Assembly (NCBI GenBank): GCA_964195995.1
Contig: CAXMQS010000036.1
Location: forward strand, 100,961-164,960
DNA length: 64,000 nucleotides
From: an uncultured Acidimicrobiia bacterium
GTDB taxonomy: Bacteria; Actinomycetota; Acidimicrobiia; Spongiisociales; JAOTWH01
Direction of reading: 5' to 3'
This document shows, piece by piece, positions 1 to 9,492 of this stretch. A model generated the notes under the pieces. The model had not been told where the DNA came from and made no database searches. It worked only from the letters and a program-made list of their open reading frames with translations. Position numbers and translations under genes: made by a program. Position 1 is the stretch's first letter. Every line of letters begins with the position of its first letter.

Positions 1-761
1 TCCGTGACCAAACCATGCAGCCTTGCCACCTGCAGGACCTGGAGGGCAAGCCCCGCCACCTCCCAGGGATCCGTCGTATCCGCAGCCGCCTCGAGGAACG
101 GAGCCGCGTCGTCGAGCGCCGTCGCCACATTGGGCTCGGTGATGCGCTGTAGCTCGTCCTTCGCCGAGTAGCCGGCTGTGACGAGGAAGGCGGCCAGGGC
201 GTATTGACCGAGTGGGCGCGTCATCGCCATGGCGTCAGGCACCGCAGAGAGGTAGAGGTCGGCAAGCACGGACCGGGCGCCGTCGTAGCCGACGAAGAGC
301 TGCGCCTCCTGGCGAGCGTCCTCGAGAGCGAAGAACATCGTCTCGCCGGCGACGCCCCCCGCCTCCTTCAGGGCATCCAACAGCGAGACCTCTTCTTCGG
401 GGAGCTCTTCCACGTAGTCGTCTGGGAACCACTCGCGAGGAAGTGCTCTGCGGTCCTCGAAGTCGGTGGCCACGAGATGCACCACCTCATGGAGCGCCGA
501 CGCCAGGGCGACCTCCGTCGCGGTAACGGGAGCTGCCCTGGTGTATGCCGCCTGGAAGACGCCTGGGTCCACAACGACCTCGTCGCGGGCCGCTGCCGAT
601 TGCGTGCCGAGGCGGACGTGGAGGTTCTCGTTACCGGAAAGCGTCCTGGCGAATCGGGTGACGGCACCGGCGACTCGCTGGTATCTGGCCACCACAGCCT
701 CGATGGCGCGCTCTTCTGGCGGCAGGACTTCACTCAGGACCGTTTGGTCTGGTCGGCGCAT
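1..761 (-). CDS. hypothetical HExxH metallopeptidase-like protein, partial (3' end runs off the left window edge)
   Basis: Minus-strand frame checked codon by codon: ATG at 761 and no in-frame stop down to position 3. Absent from the supplied track because it is edge-truncated. Translation contains ALHEVVHLVA (HExxH). GC-rich third positions match neighbouring genes. Confidence 0.5.
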   Translation of the reverse strand, partial: MRRPDQTVLSEVLPPEERAIEAVVARYQRVAGAVTRFARTLSGNENLHVRLGTQSAAARDEVVVDPGVFQAAYTRAAPVTATEVALASALHEVVHLVATDFEDRRALPREWFPDDYVEELPEEEVSLLDALKEAGGVAGETMFFALEDARQEAQLFVGYDGARSVLADLYLSAVPDAMAMTRPLGQYALAAFLVTAGYSAKDELQRITEPNVATALDDAAPFLEAAADTTDPWEVAGLALQVLQVARLHGLVT

Positions 762-811
762 AGCCAACCATTGTGTCACGGCCGCGGGCCTTTGCAGCCG
801 ATAATGGGGTC

Positions 812-1213
812 ATGGCTCGCGTCGAGATACCAGAGAGTGAGATCAGCTGGTCGTTTGGACCATCCGGCGGTCCCGGCGGTCAGCACGCCAACCGCTCTTC
901 GACGCGGGCGGAGTTGCGATGGGACCTTGCTCAGTCGACTGCCATCGATGACAAGACCCGAGCGACGCTCATCCATCGCATGCCGGGTGCCAGCAGCGGG
1001 GTGGTCGCCATCGTTGCCGACGGCAGCAGGTCGCAGTGGCGGAACCGCCAGCAAGCGATGCGCCGCTTGAACGAGCGCATCGACACTGCCCTTCGACCCG
1101 TGAAGAAGCGCCGGCCGACGCGAACGCCGGCACGAGCCAAGGCGAAGCGGCATCAGGCGAAGAAGAGGCGAGCAGAGTTGAAGAAGCTGCGTCGCCGACC
1201 CGAGATCGACTAG
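812..1213 (+). CDS. arfB: alternative ribosome-rescue factor ArfB (class I release-factor-like peptidyl-tRNA hydrolase)
   Basis: GGQ motif (GPSGGPGGQHANRSST) followed by a long Lys/Arg-rich C-terminal tail. Start moved from track 773 to ATG 812 (MARVEIPE). Confidence 0.8.
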   Translation: MARVEIPESEISWSFGPSGGPGGQHANRSSTRAELRWDLAQSTAIDDKTRATLIHRMPGASSGVVAIVADGSRSQWRNRQQAMRRLNERIDTALRPVKKRRPTRTPARAKAKRHQAKKRRAELKKLRRRPEID

Positions 1214-1935
1214 CTGCCGGTGTAGGCGGTGAAGCCGGCAGCACGCCGGGCTTGCATCTGTGTGTAGACGAGCTCCATCGATGCCTGTGCCGCCTCTCCG
1301 ACGTGGGTAGCAGCGCGTTCCACGGAGGCTGCGTCGTCGGTGTCAAGCGCGATCAGCCGCAGCGCCACCTGATACTGGAAGCTGTCCTTGACCAACGTCA
1401 CGTAAGTCGAGTCCGCAACGAGCGCCTGCAGTCGATCGAGCGGTCGGAAGTAAAGCAACAAGGCGAGTATGACTCCACCGGAACCTGCCAGCGCACCGAA
1501 AGTCAGCTCGTCGATGTCTCCCCGATAGAAGGCCCGTGCGGGGAAGCCGACGAGCGCCATGCCGAGGGCGAACATCGCCAACGAGAAGATCACGATGACT
1601 GCATAGGTGACGCGGAGGCGACGCCTGACGGCAGACACATCTTGCTTCCCCTCTTTGAGGGTTGATCGCAGCTCGCCCACCAACCACCCGCTTGTGCGCT
1701 CCGCAAATGGAGCGGCTTGCACGTGTTCGGTGGTCAACGTGGCGGGGGGTGTCTGCGGCGAGCTGGCCGGGCGGCTTGGCCGCGGCTTGACGCTGGCTGC
1801 CTTGGCAGTCGCTTCCACCTGGGCTTCTACCCGCCGGGCGGCGTTGGCCTTGGCGGCGTCTGCCGGTGTCGTGGCCACTGTCTCCCGCTTTTCGTCTTTG
1901 CTAGTCAGGGTCCCGCTCCGTTCGCCTTCGTGCAA
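1210..1935 (-). CDS. hypothetical membrane protein
   Basis: 241-aa ORF with two hydrophobic segments (VTYAVIVIFSLAMFALGMALVGF; GALAGSGGVILALLLYF) and GC3-rich codons. No recognisable domain; start uncertain. Confidence 0.5.
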   Translation of the reverse strand: MHEGERSGTLTSKDEKRETVATTPADAAKANAARRVEAQVEATAKAASVKPRPSRPASSPQTPPATLTTEHVQAAPFAERTSGWLVGELRSTLKEGKQDVSAVRRRLRVTYAVIVIFSLAMFALGMALVGFPARAFYRGDIDELTFGALAGSGGVILALLLYFRPLDRLQALVADSTYVTLVKDSFQYQVALRLIALDTDDAASVERAATHVGEAAQASMELVYTQMQARRAAGFTAYTGS

Positions 1936-1988
1936 TCTAATCGAAACGGCGCAGGCCTGTTCGGCCGACGGCCATCTAGGGTCAGCCT

Positions 1989-2849
1989 ATGGAGCGGCTT
2001 GAAGTGACTACTAGAGGCATCCGCCTCATAGCTTGGGTTGGCGGCGAGGCGACAGCACCGTCCCTGCTGCTTCTCCATGGATGGCCCGAGTCTTCCCGGG
2101 CATTCGCCAAGGTCATTCCCGTCCTGGCCGACCGATATCGTCTGATCGTCCCCGACCAACGCGGCTTCGGCGAGTCCGACATGCCAAAGGGGACCGCCAG
2201 CTACTCGATGGGGATATTGGTAAGCGATGCCGTGGCCATCGCGGATGCAGCGGGCGCGGATCGGGTCGGCGTCGTTGGCCACGACCTTGGCGGGTCCGTC
2301 GCCTGGGCGCTCGGCGCGTTGGCACCGGATCGGGTGCGGGCCATGGTGGTGATGGCGTCACCCCATCCACTCCACTTTCGCCGGGTGGCGGCGGCGAGTC
2401 CTGAGCAGATGCGGCGAGCCTTCTATGTGTGGCTGCTGCACGCCGGGCAGTCGGGGGAGCGCCTGCTCGGTCGCGACGACTTCCGGCACCTCGCCCAATG
2501 GGCTTTCGGGCGATCCGCTATCACCGACGACGATCGCAACGCCTATCGAGTGCAATGGGCGGAACCGGGCAGGTTCACCGCCATGGCCGAGTGGTATCGA
2601 GCCATATACGGCCCGGACCTACTCAATCCGGACGTGTCGCTCGACCTGGCCCCGGTGACGGTACCTGTGCGCTATCTGGCGCCGGAGCACGATCCGGCGT
2701 TCGCCGCCGGCATGCATTCGGGGTCAGGCGACTTCGTTGACGCCGCTTTCGACGAAGTGGAGATTCCCGGGACCACTCACTGGTTGTGTCACGATGCCCC
2801 AGACCGGGTTGGCGGACTCATCGACGAGTGGATGAGTTCTCACCCCTAG
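1989..2849 (+). CDS. alpha/beta-fold hydrolase (epoxide hydrolase / haloalkane dehalogenase-like)
   Basis: LLLLHGWPESS oxyanion region, PDQRGFGESD, and a nucleophile elbow with Asp (VVGHDLGGSVAW). Confidence 0.8.
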   Translation: MERLEVTTRGIRLIAWVGGEATAPSLLLLHGWPESSRAFAKVIPVLADRYRLIVPDQRGFGESDMPKGTASYSMGILVSDAVAIADAAGADRVGVVGHDLGGSVAWALGALAPDRVRAMVVMASPHPLHFRRVAAASPEQMRRAFYVWLLHAGQSGERLLGRDDFRHLAQWAFGRSAITDDDRNAYRVQWAEPGRFTAMAEWYRAIYGPDLLNPDVSLDLAPVTVPVRYLAPEHDPAFAAGMHSGSGDFVDAAFDEVEIPGTTHWLCHDAPDRVGGLIDEWMSSHP

Positions 2850-2890
2850 GCGGTGCCGTTGGCAACGCGCCCGGCCATATCATCGCCCCA

Positions 2891-4141
2891 ATGCACTACG
2901 ACCTAACAACACTTGACAATGGAATCCGCGTAATCACCGAGTCGATGCCTGAAGTCCGCTCGGCCGCCATCGGCTGCTGGGTGGACACCGGGAGTCGCGA
3001 CGAGACCCCGCCGGAAGCGGGGTCGTCTCACTTCCTCGAGCATCTGCTTTTCAAGGGAACGGTGGACATCTCCGCTCAGGAGATCGCTGAGGCCTTTGAC
3101 GCGGTCGGCGCCGAGTCGAACGCCTTCACCTCAAAGGAGTACACCTGCTACTGGGCGCGGATGCGCGACGAGGATCTGCCTTTGGGTATCGGGCTGCTTG
3201 CCGAGATGACCCAGCGCCCGGCACTGCGCGCAGACGACATCGATTCCGAACGCCATGTTGTCCTCGAAGAGATCAACATGAACGAGGATGACCCAACGGA
3301 CGTTGCCTACGAGCGCTTCGCCAGGGCGCTGTGGGCGGGGCACCTGCTGGAGTACCCCATCCTCGGAACACGCGAGTCCATCAACGCGACCACACCCGAG
3401 ATCATCAGGGGGTACTGGGCGCGGCGCTACTCGCCCAAGTCGATGGTTGTCGCCGTCGCCGGCAACATCGTTCATGAAGAGGTTGTCGACAAGGTGGCGT
3501 CAGAGTTCGGTGATTGGTCAGGCGAGTCGATGACTCGCGATCACTCGAGGGTCCCAACCGAGCCGAGGGTGAAAGTCGAGAAGCGGGATACCGAACAGGC
3601 ACACATCGTTCTCGGTGGTCAGGGCTTGATCCGCGACGACGACCGGCGATTCGCGTTCGGCGTGCTCAGCCACATCATGGGTGGTGGCATGTCATCTCGT
3701 CTGTTCCGTGAGATCAGAGAGAAGCGCGGTCTCGCCTATGCGGTCTACATGTTCCGGTGGCCTTTCGCCGATTCCGGCGCCTACGGCGTCTACGTCGGGA
3801 CTACGCCATCACAGACTGCCGAGGTTCTCAAGCTGGTGAACGATGAGTTGAATAAGGCGATTGCCGATGGTGTCACTCAGACCGAACTGGAGAGGGCCAA
3901 GGGTTACACCAAGGGGAGCCTTGCGCTTTCGTTGGAGGACGCCAACAGCAGGATGGGTCGACTCGGCCGCAACGAGCTAGCCGGCATGGAGCACCTGTCT
4001 GTCGACGAGATCGTCGGGCGGGTCGAGGCTGTGACCACCGAAGACGTGTTGGCGCTGGCTGCGGACGTATTCAGCGGTCCCAAGGTCATAGGCGCTACCG
4101 GCCCCTTCGACGCCGACGAACTCGAGCCTCACGTCGCATGA
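2891..4141 (+). CDS. M16 family (pitrilysin-type) zinc peptidase
   Basis: Inverted zincin motif HFLEHLLFKG. Typical N-terminus MHYDLTTLDNGIRVITE. Start moved to ATG 2891. Confidence 0.85.
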   Translation: MHYDLTTLDNGIRVITESMPEVRSAAIGCWVDTGSRDETPPEAGSSHFLEHLLFKGTVDISAQEIAEAFDAVGAESNAFTSKEYTCYWARMRDEDLPLGIGLLAEMTQRPALRADDIDSERHVVLEEINMNEDDPTDVAYERFARALWAGHLLEYPILGTRESINATTPEIIRGYWARRYSPKSMVVAVAGNIVHEEVVDKVASEFGDWSGESMTRDHSRVPTEPRVKVEKRDTEQAHIVLGGQGLIRDDDRRFAFGVLSHIMGGGMSSRLFREIREKRGLAYAVYMFRWPFADSGAYGVYVGTTPSQTAEVLKLVNDELNKAIADGVTQTELERAKGYTKGSLALSLEDANSRMGRLGRNELAGMEHLSVDEIVGRVEAVTTEDVLALAADVFSGPKVIGATGPFDADELEPHVA

Positions 4142-4884
4142 CCACGGTCGCAGTCTCTGGTGCATGTGGACGCATGGGACGGCGCACAGCAGCTGCTGTC
4201 GCCGCCGCTGCCGATCTCGAGTTGGTTTCACTATTCGATCCGAGCCACGGCGGGGAAACGATCGAGGGGATCGTCGTGTCCTCCGATCCGGTTGTGGTCG
4301 GCGAGGCCGAGGTTGTCGTTGAGCTCACCAATCCCGATGTCGTCATGGAGAACCTCAAGCAATGGCGGAGTCTCGGCGTCAACGCGGTTGTCGGGACTTC
4401 TGGATTCGATGCGGGCCGCCTGAAGGCGGTACAAGGGATCTGGGGCGAGGGCCCCCCCAACTGCCTTATCGTGCCGAACTTCTCCCTTGGTGCCGTCCTC
4501 ATGATGCGCTTCGCCGAAGTCGCCGCCGCCCACTTCAGCGGTGTCGAGATCATCGAGCTCCATCATGAGGACAAACCAGATGCTCCCTCGGGCACTGCGC
4601 TGGCGACTGCGGCCCGCCTGACCTCTGCCATCTTCGAGTCGAAGGAGCTGGTCCCAGGTGCCCGCGGCGCCGCGGTCGGCGATGTTCGAGTGCACTCCGT
4701 TCGACTGCCGGGGATGGTGGCCCATCAGCAGGTCATACTCGGCAACGAGGGCGAAACGCTAACCATCCGCCACGACACCTCCGACTACGCCTCCTTCATG
4801 CCGGGAGTGCTGTTGGCGATTCGATCGATACCAGATCTAGAGGCCTTCGGCGTCGGTCTCGAAGGCCTTCTGTTCAAGGAATAG
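4138..4884 (+). CDS. dapB: 4-hydroxy-tetrahydrodipicolinate reductase
   Basis: N-terminal Rossmann motif VAVSGACGRMG and signature ELHHEDKPDAPSGTA. The ATG overlaps the upstream stop (ATGA). Confidence 0.9.
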   Translation: MTTVAVSGACGRMGRRTAAAVAAAADLELVSLFDPSHGGETIEGIVVSSDPVVVGEAEVVVELTNPDVVMENLKQWRSLGVNAVVGTSGFDAGRLKAVQGIWGEGPPNCLIVPNFSLGAVLMMRFAEVAAAHFSGVEIIELHHEDKPDAPSGTALATAARLTSAIFESKELVPGARGAAVGDVRVHSVRLPGMVAHQQVILGNEGETLTIRHDTSDYASFMPGVLLAIRSIPDLEAFGVGLEGLLFKE

Positions 4885-4923
4885 CCCCTTGTTGTCGATG
4901 TTCTGGTGACCAGAAGGGGTTCT

Positions 4924-6006
4924 ATGAAGAAGCTATCGCTCGCCGTTGTATGCCTCCTTGTTGCCGTCGCCTGTGGCGACAGCGGATCCGGATCGTTCGA
5001 TCCCGAAGCCGGGTTCAGCCAGGGCTCCCAGGGGGAGTTGCGCTCACTCGCCTACGCCTATCAGCCCGCCAGCCGGCTGGTCTATGGCTACAGCATGAGC
5101 ATGAACATGAACATGTCGGCAGATCTCGACGTGCCCGACGCCTTCGACAACATGACGATGGGCGCTTCCTTGGCCGGTTCCATCGCCTACGACGTCTCCG
5201 CTGGCGCCACCGACGGCACCGTCGTTATCTCGATCCGGCCCGAGGTGACGGAGTTCTCGCTCTCCGAGTTCACCGTCGACGGCGAAGCCATGCCCGATGA
5301 GCTGACTGAATTCGATGATCCTGCGGCCGCCGGGCTTGACGAGTTCATACCGCAGATGACGGTGACGCTCGACGCCAAGGGCGATGTTCTCGCGATGCAA
5401 GTCGGAGACGTCACCGTGCCCTCCGAATTGCTCGGGAGCTTCGGCGGATCCGGCTTCAGCGATCCCTCCGGGATGGGCATGCTCAGCACTCTGTTCGGTC
5501 CCGAGTTGCCGATCGAAGAGGTGAGGGTCGGCGCCACCTGGACGACGACGGACACCCAGGACGTGCCGTTCGTCGGGGAGATGACCGTCGTTACCCAGCA
5601 TGAGATCGTCGGCGAGGAGAACCGCGACGGACGAGACACCATCATTATCGAATCGGTGGCGGAGATGACACCGTTGACAATGGACTTCGCCGACATGCTG
5701 AAGTCGCTCCAGGATCCCTCGACGCTGGCGTCCCTTGGTATGTCGGCAGACGAATTGAACATGGCTGAGCTCGAGGCCGAGCTGTTCGAGGAGATGGATT
5801 TCGACTTCTCCATGACCTTCGACTACGACAGCATGGCCACGACCACCTGGCTCGATTACAGCGCAGGCATCACGGTCGCTACGGAGAGCGACATGGACAT
5901 GACCATGACGATGAAGATGGACTCACCAGAGGGCGGCGGCGACATGACGATGGGCATCGGCACATTCATCGCCATGCTCCTCATCGAGGACGGGGCGAGC
6001 GCCTAG
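4924..6006 (+). CDS. hypothetical lipoprotein (Asp/Met-rich)
   Basis: Signal peptide with lipobox MKKLSLAVVCLLVAVACGD. RBS-like GAAGGGG lies upstream of ATG 4924. No recognised domain. Confidence 0.6.
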   Translation: MKKLSLAVVCLLVAVACGDSGSGSFDPEAGFSQGSQGELRSLAYAYQPASRLVYGYSMSMNMNMSADLDVPDAFDNMTMGASLAGSIAYDVSAGATDGTVVISIRPEVTEFSLSEFTVDGEAMPDELTEFDDPAAAGLDEFIPQMTVTLDAKGDVLAMQVGDVTVPSELLGSFGGSGFSDPSGMGMLSTLFGPELPIEEVRVGATWTTTDTQDVPFVGEMTVVTQHEIVGEENRDGRDTIIIESVAEMTPLTMDFADMLKSLQDPSTLASLGMSADELNMAELEAELFEEMDFDFSMTFDYDSMATTTWLDYSAGITVATESDMDMTMTMKMDSPEGGGDMTMGIGTFIAMLLIEDGASA

Positions 6007-6824
6007 AAGAGAGCGCTGGCGAGGCGTCGACGGTACTCGACGGTCAGCGGATGGTCGACGCCGAGCACTCCGAAGATATCGAGCATCCCCGCCTTGGCGG
6101 CGTTTGCGTCTGGACCCTTGCCGACCACGATGGCGAGAAGATGATCTAGCCCGGGCTCGTATTCGCCCTTCGCGGCGAGGGCCGTTCCCAGCGACAGTCG
6201 GGCCGCGGTGTCCTGGGAGTCCTGCTCCAGGGCGGCCTCGAATTCAGCGACGTCGGTTCCCTGCGAGGCCGTCAGGCGGGCAGCGGCCTGCAGGCGCTCG
6301 ACCTCGGCAGTGGGCGACAGCTTGCCGAGCACGATCAGGGCGTCCGCGGTCTCTCCTCTGGCGATGAGGAGCGCGGCCAAGCCCGTCCCCGCATCCTGGT
6401 GGTCGGCATCCTGATCCAGGGCCTCTCTGAAGAGGGTCTCTGCCAAGGTCTCGTCGCCGGCGAGAATGGCGTCACGGGCCCTCTCGACTGCGAGGTCGGC
6501 GCCGCTTGGCAGCAAGGCGTTGACCCAGTCGCGAACCCCCGCCTCGGGGATGGCACCGGTGAAGCGACTGACGGCCTCGCCGTTACGGAAGCCGATGACG
6601 TTGGGGATGCCCTGCACCCCGAACTGACTAGCGAGCTCCTGGTTGGCATCGACGTCAACTTTGACCAGTTCGATTTCGGTCTCCGAGGCGACCTTCTCGA
6701 GAATCGGTCCCAGGGTGTGGCACGGTCCGCACCATTCCGCCCAGAAGTCAACGACGACGGGGATCTCGTGGCTGCGTTGCAGGACGGCGCGCCCGAAGTC
6801 CTCAGTTGAGATGTCGATGGCCAT
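6003..6824 (-). CDS. thioredoxin-domain protein with TPR-like C-terminal region (YbbN/CnoX-like architecture)
   Basis: WAEWCGPCH active site in the N-terminal ~110 aa, followed by an Ala/Leu-rich helical repeat region. Confidence 0.75.
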   Translation of the reverse strand: MAIDISTEDFGRAVLQRSHEIPVVVDFWAEWCGPCHTLGPILEKVASETEIELVKVDVDANQELASQFGVQGIPNVIGFRNGEAVSRFTGAIPEAGVRDWVNALLPSGADLAVERARDAILAGDETLAETLFREALDQDADHQDAGTGLAALLIARGETADALIVLGKLSPTAEVERLQAAARLTASQGTDVAEFEAALEQDSQDTAARLSLGTALAAKGEYEPGLDHLLAIVVGKGPDANAAKAGMLDIFGVLGVDHPLTVEYRRRLASALF

Positions 6825-6874
6825 CGCGCCAAGATACCGGTGGTACCGTCGCTACACGCTCTAGAGGAGGCGCC

Positions 6875-7756
6875 ATGGCACCCTTCGGCGAAGTCATAAC
6901 TGCGATGATCACCCCGTTCACCCCCGATGGTGAGGTGGACTACGGGCAGCTGTGGAAGTTGGCAGAACACCTCGTCGCCAACGGGTCGGACGGCCTCGTG
7001 GTCTCGGGCACAACGGGAGAATCTCCGACGTTGAGCTCCGACGAGAAGCTCGCGGTCTTCAGGTCCGTCGTCGAGGCGGTCGGGGACAAGGGGGTAGTGA
7101 TCGCCGGGGTCGGGACGTACAACACGGCCCACTCGGTCGAGATGGCGCGCCATGCCGCCGACGCCGGATGCGACGCCCTATTGGCGGTAACCCCTTACTA
7201 CAACAAGCCTCCCCAGGAGGGTCTCGTCAGGCACTTCGAGGCCATCGCCGATGCCACCGACCTGCCACTGATGCTCTACAACATCCCTGGACGCAGCGCC
7301 CGGCTCATCGAGATCGACACTCTGGCCCGCCTTGCCGAGCACAACCGGATCGTCGCCGTCAAGGATGCGGTCGAAGACACCGGGTTCACATCTCGCACCT
7401 TCGCGGCATGCGGCGACGCGCTCGCCATCTACTCGGGCGCCGACGCTTACACGTTGCCGATGCTGGCGGCAGGTGCCGTTGGCGTCGTCTCCGTGGCGTC
7501 TCACCTCGTTGGCCGCCAGATCAAGAGGATGTTCGCCGAAGCGACGGCGGGCGACGGAGGTGCCGCGACCAAGATCCACCACGCGTTGCTGCCTCTCTTT
7601 GACTCCCTGTTCCTCGAGCCCAACCCGATGCCCCTCAAAGGCATCCTCAACAAGGTGTGGGGTCCTGTCGGCGACCCTCGTCTTCCGCTGATCCCGGCGT
7701 CAGACTCTGTGGTAGAGGCTGTCGAAGCCGCCCTCGCCGTGGCGCAACAAGCGTGA
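6875..7756 (+). CDS. dapA: 4-hydroxy-tetrahydrodipicolinate synthase
   Basis: TPFTPDGEVDY, VSGTTGESPTLS and YNIPGRS motifs of the DapA/NAL family. GAGGAGG RBS precedes ATG 6875. Confidence 0.9.
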   Translation: MAPFGEVITAMITPFTPDGEVDYGQLWKLAEHLVANGSDGLVVSGTTGESPTLSSDEKLAVFRSVVEAVGDKGVVIAGVGTYNTAHSVEMARHAADAGCDALLAVTPYYNKPPQEGLVRHFEAIADATDLPLMLYNIPGRSARLIEIDTLARLAEHNRIVAVKDAVEDTGFTSRTFAACGDALAIYSGADAYTLPMLAAGAVGVVSVASHLVGRQIKRMFAEATAGDGGAATKIHHALLPLFDSLFLEPNPMPLKGILNKVWGPVGDPRLPLIPASDSVVEAVEAALAVAQQA

Positions 7757-9384
7757 CGGTTTCTATCAGCTTCCTCGGCGGTCTTGGCGAGGTCGGTCGC
7801 AACTGCGCAGCCATTGAGATAGAGGGAAAGCTGGCCCTCATCGACTGCGGCCTCATGTTCCCCGAGGAGCACATGCTCGGCATCGACCTGGTTCTTCCCA
7901 ACTTCTCCAGCGTCTTCGAGAGGGCCGATGACGTCGAGTGCGTAGTGCTGACCCACGGCCACGAAGACCACATCGGTGCCCTCTCCTATTTCCTGTCAGA
8001 GGTGAATGTCCCGATCTATGGGACACCGCTGGCGGTCGCCTTGGCGGCGGCCCGGGTCGAGGAGAACGGCATCGAGGCCGACTTCCGGGCTACCGACCTG
8101 GGGGAGTGGGTTACGAACGGCCCGATCAAGTTCAAGCTGATCCAGGTAAGTCACAGCGTCCCCCAGGGCGCCGCGGTTGCGTTTGATACTCCCGAGGGCA
8201 TCATCATCCACTCAGGCGACTTCAAGCTCGATCCGACGCCGATCGATGCCAAGCCAACGGACCTCCCCGCCTTTGCCGAGCTCGGGCAACAAGGAGTTCG
8301 GCTCCTTCTGGCAGACAGCACGAACGCCGAGCGTCCCGGCGTTATCCCCTCAGAGTCGTCACTGCGGGACTCTCTCCGCGATCTCGTCGCGCATGCCGAG
8401 GGCCGGGTGGTGGCGGCGTGTTTCGCCTCCCATCTCCATCGAGTGGAGCAGATCGTCGATGCCGTTGTCGACAGCGGTCGTTCCTTCGCTTTCCTGGGGC
8501 GGTCGATGCATCGCAACACCACCATCGCCCGCGAGCTGGGGGTCATGCGTATCCCCGAGGACCGTCTCTACGACATCGAGGACCTGCTGAAGCTTCCACC
8601 GGAAGAGACCGCCATCATCTGCACGGGGAGTCAGGGCGAGCCATTCGCCGCCCTGTCGCTGATGGCGGCTGGGGAGCATCGGTGGGTCGATCTGCAGCCC
8701 GAGGACACGGTCGTCATCTCGGCAACGCCCATACCGGGCAACGAGAAGAAGGTGAGCAGTGTCATCAACGGGCTCCTGAAGAGAGGGGTTACCGTTCACC
8801 ACGGCCGCAACGCCAACGTCCACGTCTCCGGACACGCCGCACAGGAAGAACTGAAGACGTTCATCAACGTCGTCCGTCCGCAGGCCTACATCCCGGTCCA
8901 CGGCGAATACCGGCACCTTCGTGCCAATGCCGACCTGGCGACGGCGATGGCCGTACCGCAGGTGGTCCTGGCCGAGAACGGTGATGGCGTCGTCATCGAC
9001 GGTGATCAGACCCGCCACGAGGCCGACCTCGTCGATGGCAGCTATGTCTATCTCGACGGCAGCGGCGTCGGCGACATCGCTTCGGACGTTCTGCGGGACC
9101 GCCGTCATCTCGCCGACGACGGCGTGGTAGTCGTGACGGTCGGCATCGCCAGCCGCACCGGCGAGATCCTGGTCGGCCCCGACCTCGACAGCCATGGCCT
9201 GACGCAGGCACCCGGGGCCGTGCTGCGAGCCGCCAAGGCCGAGATCATCAAAGAACTCGAAGCTTTGGAGAAGCCTTGCGACCCCGACACGGTGCGCCGC
9301 CACGTGCGCGACGCCGCTCGCCGCGTCATCCGTCGCGAAACCGAACGGCGCCCAGTTGTGGTGCCGGTGGTTGTCGAGGTCTGA
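7753..9384 (+). CDS. rnj: ribonuclease J
   Basis: Metallo-beta-lactamase HGHEDHIGAL, beta-CASP region and an RNase J C-terminal domain. Start set to GTG 7753 (VTVSISFLGGLGEVGRNC), overlapping the dapA stop (GTGA). Confidence 0.9.
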   Translation: MTVSISFLGGLGEVGRNCAAIEIEGKLALIDCGLMFPEEHMLGIDLVLPNFSSVFERADDVECVVLTHGHEDHIGALSYFLSEVNVPIYGTPLAVALAAARVEENGIEADFRATDLGEWVTNGPIKFKLIQVSHSVPQGAAVAFDTPEGIIIHSGDFKLDPTPIDAKPTDLPAFAELGQQGVRLLLADSTNAERPGVIPSESSLRDSLRDLVAHAEGRVVAACFASHLHRVEQIVDAVVDSGRSFAFLGRSMHRNTTIARELGVMRIPEDRLYDIEDLLKLPPEETAIICTGSQGEPFAALSLMAAGEHRWVDLQPEDTVVISATPIPGNEKKVSSVINGLLKRGVTVHHGRNANVHVSGHAAQEELKTFINVVRPQAYIPVHGEYRHLRANADLATAMAVPQVVLAENGDGVVIDGDQTRHEADLVDGSYVYLDGSGVGDIASDVLRDRRHLADDGVVVVTVGIASRTGEILVGPDLDSHGLTQAPGAVLRAAKAEIIKELEALEKPCDPDTVRRHVRDAARRVIRRETERRPVVVPVVVEV

Positions 9385-9492
9385 TACGTCGGCTTTGGGC
9401 TTTTTGCTCTGCGCATTGGGCCGCGTCCACGCTTCGCCTTGCTAGGCACCTCCAAGTGAGGAGATATCAGAAATCGCGCGTATCGCGCGATC

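Noticed and set aside
204-1070. Long track ORFs overlapping or antisense to recognisable genes, such as 204-1070, 8359-9303, 11878-12873, 15052-16104, 22628-23749, 46471-47769, 47613-48272, 50140-51288 and 56425-57483.
   Set aside because: The translations are Arg/Pro/Gly-rich low-complexity strings typical of off-frame reading in high-GC DNA. Each overlaps a gene with clear family motifs on another frame or strand.
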